A DNA stretch of 63,377 bases, the filler included, from Halocafeteria seosinensis (Eukaryota): NCBI GenBank assembly GCA_001687465.1. It is 7 parts of 7 records of this genome, joined end to end, with 100 filler letters (N's around TTAATTAATTAA, not from the genome) between each part and the next. Parts side by side here need not be neighbours in the genome. Positions count along the whole stretch, not along the records: positions 1 to 1,040 come from LVLI01000001.1; positions 1,141 to 23,713 come from LVLI01000008.1; 5 more parts are not named here. The stretch is one strand, 5' to 3'. The translations under genes and the position numbers were made by a program. Shown piece by piece: positions 1 through 12,335 of the stretch. Under the pieces are notes generated by a model. It was not told where the DNA came from. It did no database searches and worked only from the letters and a program-made list of their open reading frames with translations. Within the stretch, counting starts at the first letter, position 1. Every line of letters starts with the position of its first letter.

Positions 1-1040
1 TGTGTCCACAGGAGTCACTATCACTGTGTAAAAGCAGTCTTCTTCAATCCACCGAATGTCTTGCCACCATCGTGGCTCAGGCAGCACCTGTTGGAATCTG
101 AGATTGTGGTTTTGCGAAGTCGCAGAGTAACATGAGCTGACTAACCTTATATGTGCGGTGACCCATTTGCTGGATTGCTGGGGTACAGAAACATCCATTA
201 TGGAAAGCTGGTTTTCGCAACGCCCAGTCATGAAGAATGTGGGCTTTTTCTTCCCTATTGATTACTGTTGGTTCACGACGACGCAAACCTCCTGTTTGGA
301 CATCAAGTTAGCGTTGAGTATGAAGAGTGAATTAGCCATAGCATTCTTACCTTCCCAAAACCTGTTGATTGGTTTCGTGCCTGGTGTTAACCAAGCACTT
401 AGTGGGTATGACGGATGTCCATTCAGATAAAAGACTAGTTCTGTCGTGCTCTTGGAGTTTTCCCAGCGCGATTTAGTGGTCCGGTTCATTCTGCAGCAAC
501 AAGGGGAATAATGAAAGTTGGGAAGAAATGAATCGATATTGCCAGTTTCATACCGCTCAATTTGGGTCGTTGTCTTCAGATGGGTGTCAATCAATGAAGA
601 TGAAAGCACCCAGAGCGCTGCATCCAACTCGGATATTGATTGGAGATGTTCGGGAAGCGATTAGGTACGTACGTCGCATATCTTCCCCGAGATAGTTGTG
701 TCGCAAATACTGTATCATTTCGTCCCCGTTGGGAAACACCCTCAGGCCATCGCAGATATGCTGTTCCTTCTCTGCCGCATCAGTCGTGGAGCGACTACTG
801 CTCATGTACAATAGAGCTCTCTCCAGTGCTCTGCCTCATTGGTTCAGGGACTGTAAGTTGATTAGCCCAAATCATCGTATGACCACGCTTACTTGTAATC
901 CGGGAACTGCAGATCAGAATCGTCTCCATTTTCCTGCTCATCTGGCTGATTTCCGGGTCCACCTTCTGACTGGTGGACCGCCTCCTCTTCCTCATCTGTT
1001 TCGACGTGGTTGGTATCATCCGAGGCATCGTCATCGTTCG

Positions 1041-1140
1041 NNNNNNNNNNNNNNNNNNNNNNNNNNNNNNNNNNNNNNNNNNNNTTAATTAATTAANNNN
1101 NNNNNNNNNNNNNNNNNNNNNNNNNNNNNNNNNNNNNNNN
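1041..1140. other. Artificial contig linker (Ns around TTAATTAATTAA); same linker at 23714-23813, 35505-35604, 40599-40698, 59839-59938, 61985-62084
   Basis: Six identical 100-nt spacers carrying stops in all frames; an assembly/concatenation artefact. Confidence 0.97.
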
Positions 1141-1927
1141 ATGTAAGCTCATTATTCAGTATGAAGACTAGGTCCATCACCTTAGGCCTAGGTTCAGGTG
1201 CATTGTTGACCTCATTGAGTACTCTTCTCAGGGGCACTTCCCGTTCCACCTGCAGGCCATGTCCTCTCATCCATTCGAAGAGCTTATCCCGAATCGCGTG
1301 ATGTCTATCGGTGCGCAGGAAGGCCATTGGACCCATGAAGCAAGCCAGCGCATGTTCTAGAGTGGGTGTGACCAGCTCCTGTGTACATGGGCAGAACGTT
1401 CTGGAGGCCGGGGGTAGGGCACTGGTTTGAGCGAGACCCAACCTGAGGATACTGTCTGTAGTTGCGGTAAGGGTGGTGACTCTGGAGTCCGGACTCCGAT
1501 GAATCTTGTTGAGAGGCCAATGCAGTTGGGCGCTTGTCATTGCCAATGCCAGTGGTATGACTATTAACCCTGAGAGTGCTTTGGAACACGACTTCCGGAC
1601 TCTGATGCAGTCGCGCTTGTTGCTTGTTGCAATAGTTGGACACAGATGTAGGCCGCAGGCCACGGTTGAGTTCACCATTGCTACGAGTAGTGTAAGGACG
1701 TGTAAGTCTTTGCCACTCGTATTAAAGCTAACAGCAAAGCCTGAAGCGGCAGAAGTGCGTTGCGTAGCAACGCAGTTCGGACGCCAACGAAGGCCAAAGT
1801 GTTTGGCACAATTGAGGAAGTCAACATGTCTCCCAAGTCGAAACAATACACCACATAGTAATTCAGTTGTTGCCCACGCCGCTATCTTAGACAAACACAT
1901 ATGTGACCAAGATAGCCTACCGGCCAT
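1141..1927 (-). mobile_element. Non-LTR retrotransposon fragment, CRE/R2-like (Zn knuckle plus restriction-like endonuclease), degenerate
   Basis: CPC..(x9)..HALAC, then RHHAIRD, EREVP and MDLVF: the CCHC-RHD-E-D motif order of RLE-type elements. Truncated at the contig edge. Confidence 0.7.
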
Positions 1928-2083
1928 GAAGTTGACCGCATCTTCTTATCGAGGAGCGGTATGTGTTAAGCAGCGACGGGCCCGCTGTTCCTTAGAACGT
2001 TTGTCGGTCGAAGGTGCAACCGGAGGTTTCCCTCGTACACCAACGTAGTTGGCGGCTAGTTATCAGTCGGCGAGAAACCAACT

Positions 2084-3311
2084 GTGATCTGCTCGCGAAC
2101 ACTCCTGGCCGAGTACGGGACATACCTAGCCGAGCATGGACGGAAGACCAACGGAGAATTATTAAAGGGAAATACGGCGTGCCAATACTTTATGTATTCA
2201 AAGACGCTACTTGAACGTATGTACCCTAACAACTCTTTGCTTAAAGAACTAAATGATGCAGAATGGTACACCGAGGTTGGCGGTGAGATAAAGAAGAAGG
2301 TGCTCCACAGATGCATTCGGGAAGGGGTACCCTTTTCAGAGAAGGCTCCTGCAATGCTTCGGAACGACTTGGTTACATTCTGCAGACGTCTTTTACAAGA
2401 GAACGGAACGAACTCGCTCATGAAGCGGGCGGCCCTTGTAATCAATTGGCTAGCGGTTGGTAGAGCTGGGGAAGTAGCACTTATGTCGTGGAATTGCTTG
2501 CTCCTGCCGACAGATGGGGAGTTCCTGCTGGCGGACTGGGCACAGTAAAAGACTTCCACGTTCCAGATAATGAGCTTCTTTCCAGACAGAACTCACTATG
2601 AGATCGACTACCAGCATTGACCGAGATTCGAGGTCTACTTAGAAAACAAGAAATAGACCAAGTGCCTCGGAGTCCTTCTGGGCCAGGGAGGGTTTCTACC
2701 GCAAAGCGATGCCGCTCTAACTCCAGAAAACGGTGTTGCTGCAGACGGGCTTGAAGAAAAAGCAAACTGCGGCGACGGCATGAAGTCGTTGAATGACGTC
2801 TTATGTAACAAGCCTTCGGTGCAAAAGGAATTCGAGATGGAAAAACTGGGTCAATACAAACTGCACCGCTTCTTTGCGGACTATATCAAGCAAGGACTGT
2901 TCAATGAAGGCACCTTGCAAAAAGTGTGGAAAACCAAGCAAGTCAAGAATGACAGTGATAAAGTTCGCCAAGGAGCACGCCGATTTCCCTGAATTACTGG
3001 AATCAAGAAAGCTCAACTTGTCCAATACTCGCATATTGGAAAAGATCGATGCAATTGCGAAGAAAATTGAGAACCAGATTGCTTCCAAACTGTCGGAGCT
3101 CGAGCAGGAGCAACGAAAGCAGGACCTCACGGAAAATGCCGAGCCAAAAAAGCAAGGAAGAAATGATCCAGCCAAAAAAAACAACATGGCCGGCATTGCT
3201 CGAAGAATAGTGAAATTCAATAGTGTATCCAGGCTGTCCAGCGCTGCAGGCCCTGGGACAGCAACTCTATTCAATAGCGTTGCTCCAGAGAAGGCCGCCA
3301 GTCGACCATAA
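2084..3311 (+). pseudogene. Crypton-like tyrosine-recombinase transposon remnant
   Basis: AVGRAGEVALMSW (box I Arg) followed by DWAQ*KT (Lys motif). In-frame TAA at 2546-2548; downstream frames broken. Confidence 0.55.
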
Positions 3312-4199
3312 AAATTGCATCACCGGTGAAACTGCCCTATCCCACACTTTCCGTAAGACAATCACGCCTAAACAATACAACGAAGCTAGAAGCGGCGCTG
3401 TTTCCTGGAGGACTCGCATCTTCCGACTGTGCACTATTATATATACATGGCCACTGACAGAGCATTTCCATTCTCAACACACCAAGCGTTCAGTACAGTG
3501 TAGTTGTGTAGTTGGTCCTCAAGTCCTCACCAGCAAGTCAAACGGAGATTATCCACCGCACGCCGCTAAAACGGCCCTGCTCGAGCTTTTCAACAATCCC
3601 ACAACACACGAACCGTTCTCCTAATCGAACTGGCGAATCCTCTTGGCCCTCCTGCTCCCAAACTCCAGAGCTGTATTACTCGAATCCTTTAACCACCAAG
3701 GTCATTCGCTGCCTCCCAACTTCGGATTTCGCTATGCTACAAACCCCAAGTCGTTGAGGATGATCCACTGTTATTGCCTGCGCTCTGCTTTTAAGGGCTC
3801 AAAGTCCAACGTAGGTCATCTTCACTCATCCTAGAATTCACAACCATTCTCGAAAATTGTAGTGGGCTCTTTCTGCTCGTATGGTTCAGGATTCCTACAT
3901 TTACCAAAATTTTCCAACTTCAGAGATCACGCGGGGCCTCAGATAAATGTACGCTGTCCGCAACATGTCCCAATGCGACAGAACGTAGCCGTTAAAGACG
4001 AGCAGCAGGGTTGATCCATCCGTTGTCTTAGCACTTCCTAAATACAACTCGGGCGGCAGGCAGCCCAGCCATCATTGTCGTTCTAGTTCTCTCTCTCTCT
4101 CTCTCCTTCCATCCCTCTTTGGGTGTGTATGTATATGTATGTACGTTCGTGTGTCATCTGCTGCCTCTCAAGTACAGCGTACGCTGTTCGGAAATCTTC

Positions 4200-4640
4200 C
4201 CCTTCAGCAGGTCCTTCAGCTCCTTTGTCGCAGCGCATTGGCCGATGGGGAGGCGGATTTCTCGTATCTAGTTCCCTCCCGATGTAGTTCGCGCCGTTGT
4301 CGAGTTGTACTCGTCTAAGCTCTTTAGCTCGATTTCTGCGCTGGTGTGTCTGGCGCGCATGGTGTCTAGAAAACCCATCAACGCACTCCAGAGACGGTTA
4401 ACAAGCTCAAACCAAGAAGACCATGCACATACAATGTATCTTCTCTCCGTCAGTGGTGGGGAAAGCAGTGCTATAGACTGTAATATACGGTATGCATGTA
4501 ATGTTCAACGAGCCCCGGTCACTGGTTGCGGTTGGGGCGCGGGTTGCTTCCCGATCTGAAGTTTTCAGACTGTTTCGGACCCGCCCCGAGACCTTCTGCT
4601 CCCCTGGCATGTACGCTAAACACGTTCGGCAAGGAAACGA
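4200..4640 (-). pseudogene. Possible decayed LTR-retrotransposon integrase fragment
   Basis: Minus strand reads RRVQLDNGANYIGREL (like the rve DNG motif); RRYIVCAWSSWFEL and CRTC lie upstream in other frames. Confidence 0.3.
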
Positions 4641-5280
4641 AGGTATCAGATGGCTACATAGTATCATAACCCTCGGGCGAGAGCTCTCTTCGACGTCCGA
4701 CATACTCAGCCGTGTTTCAGACCTGGCGGTCTGAAACGAAGGCCCTACGGGTCCGAAAACGGCATATTTTAGTACAAAACGGAAAAGGTACCGGTATCGC
4801 GTCATAGGGCAGTAATGTGGCACTTACTAATGCCCCTCTGGCTTTCGCCCATTTACCGATAGAACGCTATTCTGTTGCTACAGAACCTGACAGAACTCCT
4901 GTCAAGTTCCAAAAGTAGTATGTGTATTTAGTGTACCCCGGCAAAGCCAGTGTGGACTTTGGCTTGGTTTATGCTCCAAGAAGGGATAAAAGTTCTCGAT
5001 TGTAGTTTAGAGAAAAGAGCTGACGGTTGTTTTTGTTTGGAGACAAAAGCTGACGAGCATATTTTGTATCCATTAACATCATCATCTCTAGACTAAAGGT
5101 ATTCTCCCGTAATGGGAAATAAACAGTCATACGGTACTCAAAGCATACCGGTATTTGGAAACGTGGTAAGAGTCTACTTGAGTGTAATACACTATGTCGG
5201 TTTTGACAATTTTGAGGCTGCATTTTTCATCATTGCAAATAAAATCCACTACACGAACGTATGGTACTTGCTGGAGGTGC

Positions 5281-7800
5281 TCAGCTAACCACTCTACGAG
5301 GCCTCTGCACAGGAAGTTCAGATTTCCTTGTTCGCGGTTCGTCGCCACTTGAAAGATCCGACTCCGAGGGTGTCGGTGTTACGGAATTCGATGTTGATGG
5401 AGTTGCGGAAGACGTAGGAGATTCACTACGAGACGGCGTCCTCGACAACGTGGCCGAGCTCGTCCAAGACGAAGAGGATGAAGGCGATGAACTGGACGAG
5501 CATGATCCAGTTGATGACTCCGAGGGTGTCGGTGTTACGGAATTCGATGTTGATGGAGTTGAGGAAGACGTAGGAGATTCACTACGAGACGGCGTCCTCG
5601 ACAACGTGGCCGAGCTCGTCCAAGACGAAGAGGATGAAGGCGATGAACTGGACGAGCATGATCCAGTTGATGACTCCGAGGGTGTCGGTGATACGGAATT
5701 CGATGTTGATGGAGTTGAGGAAGACGTAGGAGATTCACTACGAGACGGCGTCCTCGACAACGTGGTCGAGCTCGTCCAAGACGAAGAGGATGAAGGCGAT
5801 GAACTGGACGAGCATGATCCAGTTGATGACTCCGAGGGTGTCGGTGTTACGGAATTCGATGTTGATGGAGTTGAGGAAGACGTAGGAGATTCACTACGAG
5901 ACGCTGTCCTTGACAACGTGGCCGAAGACGTAGAAGTCGGGGAACCAGTAAGACTAGCTGAAGGTGTTGAACTCGAAGAACCACTAGCGCTAAGAGGAGT
6001 CTCTGTCGAAGTGACACTAGAGCTTGACGATCCAGTAGGACTAGTTGACCGAGTTAGAGAGGGAGTGCAGGTACTTGTAGGACGTGACGTGGGACTAGGT
6101 TTTAATTGGTGCCGCAAGACTATGAATGAAGCAGCCCCATCGATAGCCCACACTTCCCCAGGCCACAAGCCTCCGTATAGGGTCCCTTTGACAGAGCTTA
6201 TATCTCTCGTGTTCTGCACCCCATTTGTAATACCGTCGAGCAGAGGCCCATTAACAACACAATACCGTATATCCACAGTGGCACCTCCAGGATCGTCGTC
6301 AGCGTGAATACTGGATATTCCACCTGCGTCACTACCACTGACAGATCCAGACGCGTAGCTGTAAGAAATATAGATGTAAGAAGTACTACTCCCACCCATG
6401 CTACCTCCACATATTCCACCCGTCCTACTCCCACTCAAAGCACCTCGACTATAACTATGTCGAATATTAACGTGTCCCTCTGTGGCTACTTGTGAGCCAC
6501 ATATGCCTCCACTCATAGTACCAGCAATTTCTCCCCTCGTAAAGCATTCGGCTATTTGGACAACATCTCCATCTGCGAACGACACCTTTTCCCCGCATGC
6601 CTTGCCTGTTATCCCTCCAGCCCAGTCACCCTCAATTCTTCCTCGACTAAACGACCGTAAAATATACACTTCCTTAGCGCTCCAACCTGTCAGGTCACCG
6701 CTAATTCCTCCAGCCTCGTTTCCTACAATATTACCACTTGAGTGACAGTCGGAAATGTTGGACAAGGTGGATCCTTCACCAAAGTCCCCTCCGGCAATCC
6801 CTCCTGCACCTACCTTGAGAATCTCTCCGCTCGATGAACAGTTAAAAATGAGGGTGAACACCGCCAACTTGCCACATTCACTCGAACAAATTCCTCCCGC
6901 CCAGACTCCATCAATGACACCACTAGATATTGAGTCAGAAAGTTCCAAACGTTTGGCGCGCTCCCCACACGAAGCTCCGCAGATACCTCCCGCGTAGTCT
7001 GCTTTGATATCACAACTGGAAGAGCATCGGAGTAGTCGTACCGACTCAGTAATATCGTGTCCACAAAAGGAACCACATATACCCCCCGCCCGATGTCCTT
7101 CTAGAGTACCAGATGACTCCGAATCCTCGATCAGTAGTATCTTGCCTGCATCTCCACATTGCTTTCCACAAATTCCTCCACTGTCGTCTCCACTCACTAT
7201 TCCGCTTGAACTACAATTGGTTATCTCGACAGATCCTCCACCTGTCCCACACTCAAATCCACAGATACCACCCGCATCTTCACCACTAATATCTCCACTG
7301 GTAAACGAGTTCCGAATTACGATCTCTCCTCCGGCTTTTCCACTTCGCGCACCACACAGACCACCGCTTCGGGCTTGTGCAATAGCGCCAGTGGAGCTAC
7401 AACCTTCAACCACAAAAAATTTTTGACTGCTTTGAAGAATGAAGCCGGCATCGTTAGTTAGTGCTCCATTTTGAGTATGCACGTTACGAACCAGGGGAGC
7501 TTCGCCAAAGCTGGTGGCCGTACTTCGAAAGATCCCTTGAAATGAAAGTAGGCCGTCAAGTTGGATAGTGTAGTTTTCACCTTCAAACGTCTCGTCTGCT
7601 TTTAGGGAGACGAAATCGCTTTCTGTGTACCTACTGTTTTTCCAATTCAAGGCGCACCGCAAGTGGAATGTCTTTGAGATACTGTTAAAATAGACGCAGG
7701 GCTCTATTCCGTTCTTGAAGTGCGTACTCAAATCGTTTGCTTCGACTTTTTTCCCGGATACAAGAACTACCAGGAGAAGAATTCTCAGCAAGGTAGGCAT
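5281..7800 (-). CDS. Secreted/surface protein with GLUG-like (AGGICG) repeats and a Ser/Thr-rich mucin-like stalk
   Basis: Signal-like MPTLLRILLLVVLVSG at 7800; many S.G.I.G..(A/S)GGICG repeats; S/T/P-rich C-terminus. The ORF track starts it at 8031. Confidence 0.75.
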   Translation of the reverse strand: MPTLLRILLLVVLVSGKKVEANDLSTHFKNGIEPCVYFNSISKTFHLRCALNWKNSRYTESDFVSLKADETFEGENYTIQLDGLLSFQGIFRSTATSFGEAPLVRNVHTQNGALTNDAGFILQSSQKFFVVEGCSSTGAIAQARSGGLCGARSGKAGGEIVIRNSFTSGDISGEDAGGICGFECGTGGGSVEITNCSSSGIVSGDDSGGICGKQCGDAGKILLIEDSESSGTLEGHRAGGICGSFCGHDITESVRLLRCSSSCDIKADYAGGICGASCGERAKRLELSDSISSGVIDGVWAGGICSSECGKLAVFTLIFNCSSSGEILKVGAGGIAGGDFGEGSTLSNISDCHSSGNIVGNEAGGISGDLTGWSAKEVYILRSFSRGRIEGDWAGGITGKACGEKVSFADGDVVQIAECFTRGEIAGTMSGGICGSQVATEGHVNIRHSYSRGALSGSRTGGICGGSMGGSSTSYIYISYSYASGSVSGSDAGGISSIHADDDPGGATVDIRYCVVNGPLLDGITNGVQNTRDISSVKGTLYGGLWPGEVWAIDGAASFIVLRHQLKPSPTSRPTSTCTPSLTRSTSPTGSSSSSVTSTETPLSASGSSSSTPSASLTGSPTSTSSATLSRTASRSESPTSSSTPSTSNSVTPTPSESSTGSCSSSSSPSSSSSWTSSTTLSRTPSRSESPTSSSTPSTSNSVSPTPSESSTGSCSSSSSPSSSSSWTSSATLSRTPSRSESPTSSSTPSTSNSVTPTPSESSTGSCSSSSSPSSSSSWTSSATLSRTPSRSESPTSSATPSTSNSVTPTPSESDLSSGDEPRTRKSELPVQRPRRVVS
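5360..5930. repeat. Coding tandem repeat, 156-bp (52-aa) unit, about 3.6 copies
   Basis: GACTCCGAGGGTGTCGGTG recurs at 5360, 5516, 5672 and 5828. Confidence 0.95.
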
Positions 7801-8353
7801 GGTGATGGTCTCCTGTCGGAAGGCTTTCCTCGTCAAGCGATTGACCGTGTCGATGTTGTTCATACGCTTTCTCCAGTAACGAGTGGCTTCAAAGCATCGT
7901 TCAAATAAATCTCCTCGAGTTGATGTGTCAACACAAAGCTCCATCCTGTATTCCCCTACACAGGATTTCCACAGGGACCGATCCTGACGGAGAAGGGGTG
8001 ATACTTCGTGTTCGTATCGTGAATTCGTCATTGAAAAACTCTCCCAATCTAGGCCTGCGGTGATTGATCACTTCTACGTTTCAATGAAGAGGATGGGCCC
8101 TCGCCTTTATTGACGAGGCCTGTTTCTAGCAAAGGGCGTCGCTTCCAAAAGCTAACAACCCCCCACAGTACTCCCTCTTGTGGGAGCGTATGACCGTGAT
8201 TGCCGAACTCCACGTCTTATGACCTATATATTCGTTCGCGATAACGAACGAGGGAAACGAAAGTACCTCTTCGGTTCAGATAAAGCGGTATTGTAGCGTG
8301 AGATCGTCGGAGCAAAGAAAAGGCTGGAGGGGACTCTTAGGGGTCAGACGGAT

Positions 8354-11305
8354 ATGCACGTCCGAGAAGGGCACATTGCTCCTGTGCGGACTGTATTTTC
8401 TTTAGAGGTGAGCCTCAGTGATCACCCTAAGGAACGAGATGTTGCCGTGACAAATTCGGGTAGTCTAGATGTAAACTGGAGGGCTACGTTAGTCAATGGA
8501 ACAGAAGTGGTGAGTTCCTGGATCGATGTGGATAAAACGGATGGTACCGTTGCAGCGAGATCTTCCTATGAAAGAATCCTCACGTTTTTTGTTGACCCAT
8601 CTACTCTATCTAGGACGGGGCGTTTCCACGCTTGGATCTTCATTGAGACTGACTCACGAAGAGGAGAAGATATTACTGCCCGTTCCCCGCCACAGGAAAA
8701 TTTACCAATTCCAAATGCCAAGTTATTGGGTTTTTCGTTTTGGGTACGGATCGACCTTCTTGTCACTTCTGTTTTCAATTGCCGGTATGGAAGATTCAAC
8801 ATATCACTGATGCCGTAACAAAGACAAACTATCACATGGAAGCTTCTAAATATTGCCCGTGAGCCAATAATTGCTCGTTTGCTCCACTTTGAAGGGTCGA
8901 TTACGGCCGGGTTTCAAAGAATCAGTAACTGTTCGGATTCCACCGAAGTTATCAAGCTTGCACCTCATTTTGAAATGAATAATTTTGCGCTTGGCCCATG
9001 GCTAGCGATCTTTCCCGGCTCCGTCAAGATAAGTGCGCGAAATTCGAGAAATATCTCTATGAGCTTTGTGTACGACGGGACGTCTTTGCCTTTGTGGAAG
9101 GAAGACGACACGACCAAAATGTTTGATCCCCTTCGAGAAAAAATACTCTTGAAAAAACAGCTGTCTATTTTGCGGGAGTCTGAGTGGTTTGCAGGAACTC
9201 CCTTTGACCAGTCAACCGATGTTAAGAACTTCAGCACGCTTATAGAGTTTCTTCCTGGAGAGGCAGTGGCTGAAGAGTCGACAGGATCCCCTCTGAACTC
9301 CACTGTCTTCCCGTTGCAAGTACAGACAGTGGTTGTAGACTTACGAGATAGATTCGGCAATTTTCCTGCACATGCTATGTACGTAGAAGACCCTAATACT
9401 GCTCTTGAAAAATTCAGCGACCGAAGTTCCATCTCCATGAAAGTTGAAGCACGTTCCAATGATGGCGAATCAATCGATCTACCGGAAGAATTAGTGGATA
9501 TTCAATTACCATTTCGCTTTAGACCGGGGAGGGTAATCGAATCTTTCCAGTTTGGTGTCCTTTTCCAAGAGCAAGGACAGGTATTTATAGACATCCGGAT
9601 AAATAATGGTTCCCTTTCTAAATCTCCTATTACAATTACGACGGATTCAGTCATATGCTCCAAAAACGAGACTTCGGACCAGCTTGGTATTCATTGCTTA
9701 TGCGCCGCGGGCTTTCACCGCAAAAGGCATTCCGAAGATGGGGATGGACCGTGCATCAAGTGTCCAGAAGGAACTTTTCTCCCTCAACCGTCAAATGAGG
9801 AGGAGTGTAACCGGTGCCCAAGTAGATACTTTTCAGGAGAAGGAGCAACTGACTGCTATCCTTGTCCTGAAGAAGGCGTTACATGTCATAGTGGAAGGCT
9901 ACGTCTGAAAGAAGGACAGTGGTGTGAGGATTGCTTGCCTCACCTTCCAAATCCAAGAGACAGAATCATGGAGAAATTAAGAAGGAGTGACAATGTCGTT
10001 TTCCATCAGTGTGTCCCGGAAGAGGCATGCTTGGTGAGTGCAAGCACTTTTAGAGTCGGATGTGCGCCAGGACATACGGGCCCAGTCTGCGACTTGTGTG
10101 AAGACGGATATGAAAAATCTGACGGTAAATGCGTATCTTGTGGAGATGTGGAAGAAAACACAGTGAATCTTATTGTTACGTATGGAATTCAGCTCGGAAT
10201 CTTCATTGGAATCAATGTTTCTTTCTTTTTGATGTTTGGGGCAGCGGACGCTGACTTAGAGAGATTTAAGTATACCTTTTTACTTTTCTTTGACTACCTG
10301 CAACTTTGCACTCTTTTAAATGGGCTGAACGCTTCTCCATTTCCCGAAAGTATGAGCTGGTTCTTGACCTTATCTGAGTTAACGCTGCTAGATCCTACTC
10401 GGCCTAGCGCTTTTAGATGCGTGGTGGGCGTCGGAACCTTTACGAAAAATATCTTGTCGATGATGATACCCTGGATATTAGTGGTGGTAGTATACTTGAT
10501 ACATGGCTTAAAGGAGCTGAAAGAAGTATACAAGCGACGTCAAGATTGCTCTATATCCCGTTTTCTCCAGAGTGGTCTTTCACCGGTTGTACTGACTATA
10601 TATTTAGTACATATGGCGGTAACAACAACGGTTGCCAAAACATTCGACGTTTATCATTATAAGATTGATGATACTCGTCGTCTCCGTTCTGACCTAAGTT
10701 TCGGAATAGGGTCGACTCGGTACACAATACTCGTGGCTATATCTGTGGTAACTTTGCTCTTATATGTACTGGGAGTGCCGACCTTTGTATTTGTCCGATA
10801 TGTGATGATGTTTCGCGCAGCAAGAGAGAGTGAAAGTAAGCTTAAGGAATTCAAGGACGGTAACCCCATGTTCCGCGCTGAGACGTACGGGTTTTGGTGG
10901 CCGAGTTTGGGTGTATTTCGGAAGGTTGTATTGATTTTAGTCTCTGTTTTTGTTAGGCTCCCGCAAGAGCAGGTATTTCTTTGCTCAATCATTCTCATTT
11001 TCTCCATGAGTATTCTTCTTACGATGTGGCCGTTTCAGTGGCCTGTGGTAAATTGGTTTGCCACAATAGCAACCTTAGGCGCTGCCCTGACGGCTGCAAT
11101 GGGCGTTCCCTTTTCGACAGCAGAGGGCATAGAGGCTAATATTATCGGTAGTACTGTGATTACGATTCAGGCTGTCGTGTCTGGTATGGGCTTGGTCTTA
11201 CTAGTGCTTTTTTTCATAAAATCCCTTCACAACCGGAGAAAAAAATTTTTGACCTACTTACGGAGACGAAAACGACAGGAATCTGTGGTGCCTTCCCGAT
11301 GCTGA
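8354..11305 (+). CDS. Large multi-pass membrane protein (Ig-like region, Cys-rich ephrin-receptor/TNFR-like repeats, several TM helices) interrupted by one in-frame TAA
   Basis: ORFs 8354-8818 and 8879-11305 are in the same frame and separated only by TAA 8816-8818. Cys motifs CLCAAGF, CIKCPEGTF, CAPGHTGPVCDLCEDGY; hydrophobic C-terminal helices. Confidence 0.75.
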
Positions 11306-11599
11306 GTACGATCGGCTGGAAACCTACAAGTCGAATTGTTTACTGCTGAAGACGAAAAGCATTTTGAAATATGCTATGATAATGACAGCAAGGATATGGT
11401 TAATATACCGAATAGCGAAAGAGTGTCAAACAGTGATGACTCCGTACATACTGAAAACCTTCCGCAGGTGGAGCTTTCCAGATGAGAGCTGTTAGGGCAC
11501 TGACGTTTTCAAGAAAGTGAGAGATCTCGTTACTGAGAAGTTGTGTCGTGTATTGATGTACGGTATAAAGAAGCTTGTATTCTAAAACAAAGTTGAAAC

Positions 11600-12335
11600 G
11601 GATATATATGGGGTACATACTGTATACTGTCGATACCAGAAATAAGGGCGAAAACTTTCGCTCTTATTTTTGCCATCTGTGTACAAGCACTGTATAGAAA
11701 TTGAACAGCACGACCAATGTATGGCGACATTTGATGGCCCATAGTGGATGGGAGAATGCTCTCGAGCATCGGAAGGAAAGAAGATCGAAGCAGCAACCTA
11801 GTTTGTTGCACCACACAACGTCTATAGGTGGAATCAAAAGACAAAAGAAGGACGATTGATAGAATAGTAACATTCATCGTTGATGAGAGTATGGCCTTCC
11901 GAGTTGTTGATACTCAGTCATTCAAGAGGATGCTGGAGAGCGGCGCTGGCATAGTGCCTGCTGCATGCTCAGCGGATTCCTTACTCTCCGGGAAAACATG
12001 GTTAGCGTTCTCCGACACGCTCATTCGGAGGATATGTCTGTTTCTGACGTGACAAGCAAACTACAAGCGCTTCGAAAGCGCCAGGCTGATATTCTCGCAG
12101 GTATCCATTATGCATCGATACGCCTGGAACGACAAGGAGACTGTACACTTCCTGAGGTTGTGTTGGTAGGAATGAAACTCTTCAACGGAGAATTGAAAGT
12201 CCGTCAAGACGACACAAATTCCAGTAAAGATTTTAAGAAAAGAGCGCGGGAAGGGTTGTCCACTAGACTTAAACAACACAACATGTTCCTTTGCTACGTC
12301 GTCTGCCTTCTGGACCCACGTTTCTACGCCACCCC
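11600..12335 (+). pseudogene. Decayed hAT transposase fragments
   Basis: BED-finger tail TTNVWRHLMAH (~11710-11742), FIVDESMAFRVVDTQSFKRML and CLLDPRFY, in broken frames. Confidence 0.7.

Noticed and set aside
1..1040. Short overlapping ORFs in the first contig
   Set aside because: No recognisable motif; possibly decayed mobile DNA but unsupported.
1085..1096. Recurrent TTAATTAATTAA palindrome and ORFs ending in X..LIN
   Set aside because: Artificial linker; ORFs crossing it are not real, and contig adjacency cannot be assumed.
4088..4143. (CT)n and GTAT microsatellites
   Set aside because: Ordinary short simple repeats.
5261..6307. 348-aa acidic ORF on the plus strand
   Set aside because: Antisense shadow of the Ser/Thr repeat region of the minus-strand gene.
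2546..8818. Alternative genetic code (TAA read as sense), suggested by in-frame TAAs at 2546 and 8816
   Set aside because: TAA acts as a normal stop elsewhere (e.g. 50862-50864), and long host ORFs contain no internal TAA.
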